A stretch of 63,984 nucleotides of DNA, the filler included, from an uncultured bacterium (GTDB lineage: Bacteria; DAOPZR01), in the NCBI GenBank assembly GCA_964637655.1. It is 9 parts of 9 records of this genome, joined end to end, with 100 filler letters (N's around TTAATTAATTAA, not from the genome) between each part and the next. Parts side by side here need not be neighbours in the genome. Positions count along the whole stretch, not along the records: positions 60,419 to 63,984 come from CAZWUZ010000341.1; 8 more parts are not named here. One strand, given 5' to 3'. Of this stretch, positions 61,529-63,984 are shown piece after piece. The position numbers were made by a program, and so were the translations under genes. Numbering within the stretch: the stretch's first letter is position 1; the number at the start of each line of letters is the position of its first letter. The notes beneath the pieces are model-generated. The model was not told where the DNA came from. It did not search any database and saw only the letters and a program-made list of their open reading frames with translations.

Positions 61529-62913
61529 AGTCCGTGCCTTTCTATGCGCCCCCAGGTGCGCACGCGCCCCAGCCAGTCGAACGTGGCAATGACGCGTATC
61601 CCCATTGTAAACTGCCGGTACCCGAGGTTGTCAAGCAGCCCGGCGAACGCCAGCCAGATCAGTTCGCCGCAGCGGTACGTTTCGTAGTGCAGTTCCTCGA
61701 TGACCAGCGCGAAGAGATTGAGTACCGTGGTGTAGCCCACCGAGCAGAGCAGAAAGAGCCCGAAGGTCGTCCCGGCGAGGTGCCCGGTGGCGAACAGCCC
61801 GCCCATAACGAGGTACGATAACGCCTCGAGGAAGGGCCCGAGAATCTCGAAAAATAAATAGTAGGGCATGCCGAGCAGTCCGGCAAACCCGAAGAACGGG
61901 TTGAGCATCATCTCGCGATGCTCGGCAAACGACTCGAGCAGCACGCGGTGCCAGCGATTGCGCTGGCGGATGAACGAACGCAGGTCGGAAGGGGCCTCGG
62001 TCCAGCAGACGGGGTCGGGAAGCGAGACGACACGGAAGTCCATGCCGCGCTTGCGCAGCACGCGATGCAGGCGCAGCGTCAGTTCGAGGTCCTCCCCGGT
62101 CATGCGGCGCGAGAAGCCGCCGACGGCGACGAGGATGTCGCGCCGCCACAGCCCGAACGCGCCCGAGATAAGCAGCATGGCGTTGAGTTTCGACCAGCCG
62201 ATGCGGTTGGCGAGAAAGGTGCGCAGGTACTCGATAACCTGCAGGGCGGGAAGCAGGCGCAACGTCAGGCGGCGCGAGACGATGGCGCCGTTTTCGACCA
62301 CCAGCCCGTTCCCCACCCGCACCTGCCCGCCGACCGCCACCAGCCGCTGCGGGTCCTCGAGCACGGGGCGGATGGCGCGCACCAGGGCGTCGGGCTCGAA
62401 GACGGTGTCGGCATCGGTATTGCACACGTAGCGGTAGCGGGCGAAGTTGATCCCCGCGTTGAGCGCATCGGCCTTGCCCCCGTTCTCCTTGTCGAGCACG
62501 AAGAGGCGCGGGTCGCGCTGCGACTGCAGCACGCGGCGCACGGGCTCGGTGGCCAGCGTCGCGCGGTACTGGAGGTCGGCACGCTGCAGGGCGAATTCCT
62601 CCTCGAGGCGCGCGAGGGTGCCGTCGGTCGACCCGTCATTGACGATGATCACCTGATATTCCGGGTAGCGGAGACGCAGCGCCGCGGCGACCGAGTCGGT
62701 GATGACCCGCTCCTCGTTGCAGGCGGGGATGATGACCGAGACGGGCGGGGTCAGCGACGAGGCGACCACCGCGTCGAGTTCGCTGAGTGCCGCCTGGCGC
62801 ACGCGCGTACGTGTGCCGAGAAACGAGACGACGGTGAGCACCGTGTACTGCAGGTTGATGACGATGAAGTAGCCGAACGAAACGGCGATGACGAACCCGA
62901 GGAGCGCGTCCAC
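61525..62913 (-). CDS. Processive GT2 (PgaC/IcaA/BcsA-like)
   Basis: SVIIPACNEE, NDGSTD, KENGGKADALN, DAD, GEDLE, QRNRW, C-terminal TMs. Confidence 0.9.
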   Translation of the reverse strand: MDALLGFVIAVSFGYFIVINLQYTVLTVVSFLGTRTRVRQAALSELDAVVASSLTPPVSVIIPACNEERVITDSVAAALRLRYPEYQVIIVNDGSTDGTLARLEEEFALQRADLQYRATLATEPVRRVLQSQRDPRLFVLDKENGGKADALNAGINFARYRYVCNTDADTVFEPDALVRAIRPVLEDPQRLVAVGGQVRVGNGLVVENGAIVSRRLTLRLLPALQVIEYLRTFLANRIGWSKLNAMLLISGAFGLWRRDILVAVGGFSRRMTGEDLELTLRLHRVLRKRGMDFRVVSLPDPVCWTEAPSDLRSFIRQRNRWHRVLLESFAEHREMMLNPFFGFAGLLGMPYYLFFEILGPFLEALSYLVMGGLFATGHLAGTTFGLFLLCSVGYTTVLNLFALVIEELHYETYRCGELIWLAFAGLLDNLGYRQFTMGIRVIATFDWLGRVRTWGRIERHGL

Positions 62914-62914
62914 C

Positions 62915-63984
62915 TCAGGCGGACTGCAGCCGCGCGGCGATTTCCCGCGCGCGCGCCTGCGCCGCGGCCGGGATGCACCCGCGTTCGAGCGCGAGCGCGA
63001 TGCGCCCGGCGGTAAGCGGCGTACCGACGCGGCCGAGGATTTCAAGCAGCATCGGCACCTCGCCGGGCCCGGCAGTCAGCAGCAGGTTCTCCATGTAGCC
63101 CGTGCCGCCGCAGGCGCCGGCGACCGTGAGCAGGGCGGCCGAGCGCGGGTTGCCGCGCGCCGCGGTGAGCAGGCAGTGCTCGAACCAGCCGAGGCGCTCA
63201 AGCGCCTCGACCGCGGCATTGCGCGCGAACGGGTCGGGGGAATGTTCGAGCACGCGCTCGAGGATGCGCAGTGAGGGGGGGCCAAGGCGGACGAGCGCCT
63301 CGAGGGCGTTGTGGCGACACCACCACTCGCGGTCGACGAGCAGGGCCGCCAGGCCATCGGCGGACCAGCGCGCGCCCATCTCCCCCAGCGCCTTGGCCGC
63401 CTGCGCGCGCACCACCCACGCCGCGTCCGCCAGCAGCGGTTCCAGCCAGCGGTCGCTAAGCGGCACCGCCAGGCGGGAAACGCATTTCACCGCCGCCGTC
63501 CGCACGTTGGTGTCGTCTGCCGCCAGCGCGGGACGCACCGCCTCCTCGAGCAGTTCGAATTCCCGGCGGGCGGCAATCAGGGTCAGCGCCCAGAAACGGG
63601 TCACCGGGTCGTCACGGCGCGCCAGTTGCGCGAGTACGGGCTGCAGGTTGCCGGCCACCGGGACGAGCATCGCCGCGAGGCGGGAGTTGCTCAGGCGGTT
63701 GTCACGCGTCAGGCGGCGCAGCAGCACCTCCGCCGCCGGGGCGCTGCCAAGGTCGGCGAGCGCCTGCGCGGCCGCGTAGGCGACATCGGTCTCCGGGTCG
63801 TCGAGCGCTGCCGCCAGTTCAGCCAGCCGGCAGGTAAAACCGAGTCTGCCGAGCGCGCGCGCAGCGGCGGCGCGCGCCCACGGGTCGCGCGCGTGCGCCA
63901 GCGCCCGCACCAGCCGCGCGGGGAGCCCGGCATGGCGCAGCGCGTCACGCACCGGCCCGTCGATTCTCCCCGCCGCTGCGACCA
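62915..63984 (-). CDS. HEAT-repeat protein (5' truncated)
   Basis: Repeated LxDxxxxVRxxAAxALG-type units. Confidence 0.85.
   Translation of the reverse strand, partial: VAAAGRIDGPVRDALRHAGLPARLVRALAHARDPWARAAAARALGRLGFTCRLAELAAALDDPETDVAYAAAQALADLGSAPAAEVLLRRLTRDNRLSNSRLAAMLVPVAGNLQPVLAQLARRDDPVTRFWALTLIAARREFELLEEAVRPALAADDTNVRTAAVKCVSRLAVPLSDRWLEPLLADAAWVVRAQAAKALGEMGARWSADGLAALLVDREWWCRHNALEALVRLGPPSLRILERVLEHSPDPFARNAAVEALERLGWFEHCLLTAARGNPRSAALLTVAGACGGTGYMENLLLTAGPGEVPMLLEILGRVGTPLTAGRIALALERGCIPAAAQARAREIAARLQSA

Overview
The window is not one contiguous locus. It is a pseudo-chromosome of nine short contigs, sorted by decreasing length (about 7.2-7.6 kb; the first and last are cut by the window edges) and joined by 100-nt N-TTAATTAATTAA-N linkers, so gene neighbourhoods are valid only within a contig. 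The source looks like a high-GC, flagellated, probably diderm, uncultured bacterium (draft or MAG). Content: many envelope-glycosylation genes (GT-C/PMT-like, DUF2723, DUF2079, YfhO, GT2, two tandem Wzc-type tyrosine kinases, O-antigen ligase/polymerase); signalling genes (TPR-Ser/Thr kinase plus FHA-GAF-cyclase, a histidine kinase, a FecR protein); flgF-flgG-flgA; lysC-cimA-thrB-tRNA-Gly; lrp-aminotransferase; vapBC and an orphan higA; PLC-cardiolipin synthase; and a glcD-like oxidoreductase. Most interesting non-routine signals: (1) a lower-GC RAYT/TnpA(REP)-type HUH nuclease gene bounded by 30-bp terminal inverted repeats, where the right repeat holds its stop codon and overlaps the next gene's start, with a related GTGCCTGGCACC repeat cluster 2.5 kb away; (2) an orphan protein with AEP primase-like motifs next to an HD nucleotidase, with an unannotated antisense 18-aa hydrophobic ORF between them (strong RBS, sigma28-like promoter); (3) two tandem BY-kinases that both lack the canonical DxD Walker A' motif; (4) a 4 x 55-bp double-hairpin tandem array; (5) a duplicated promoter plus 5' gene remnant flanking an SGNH gene. 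All functional calls come from motifs recognised by eye; no database search was run.
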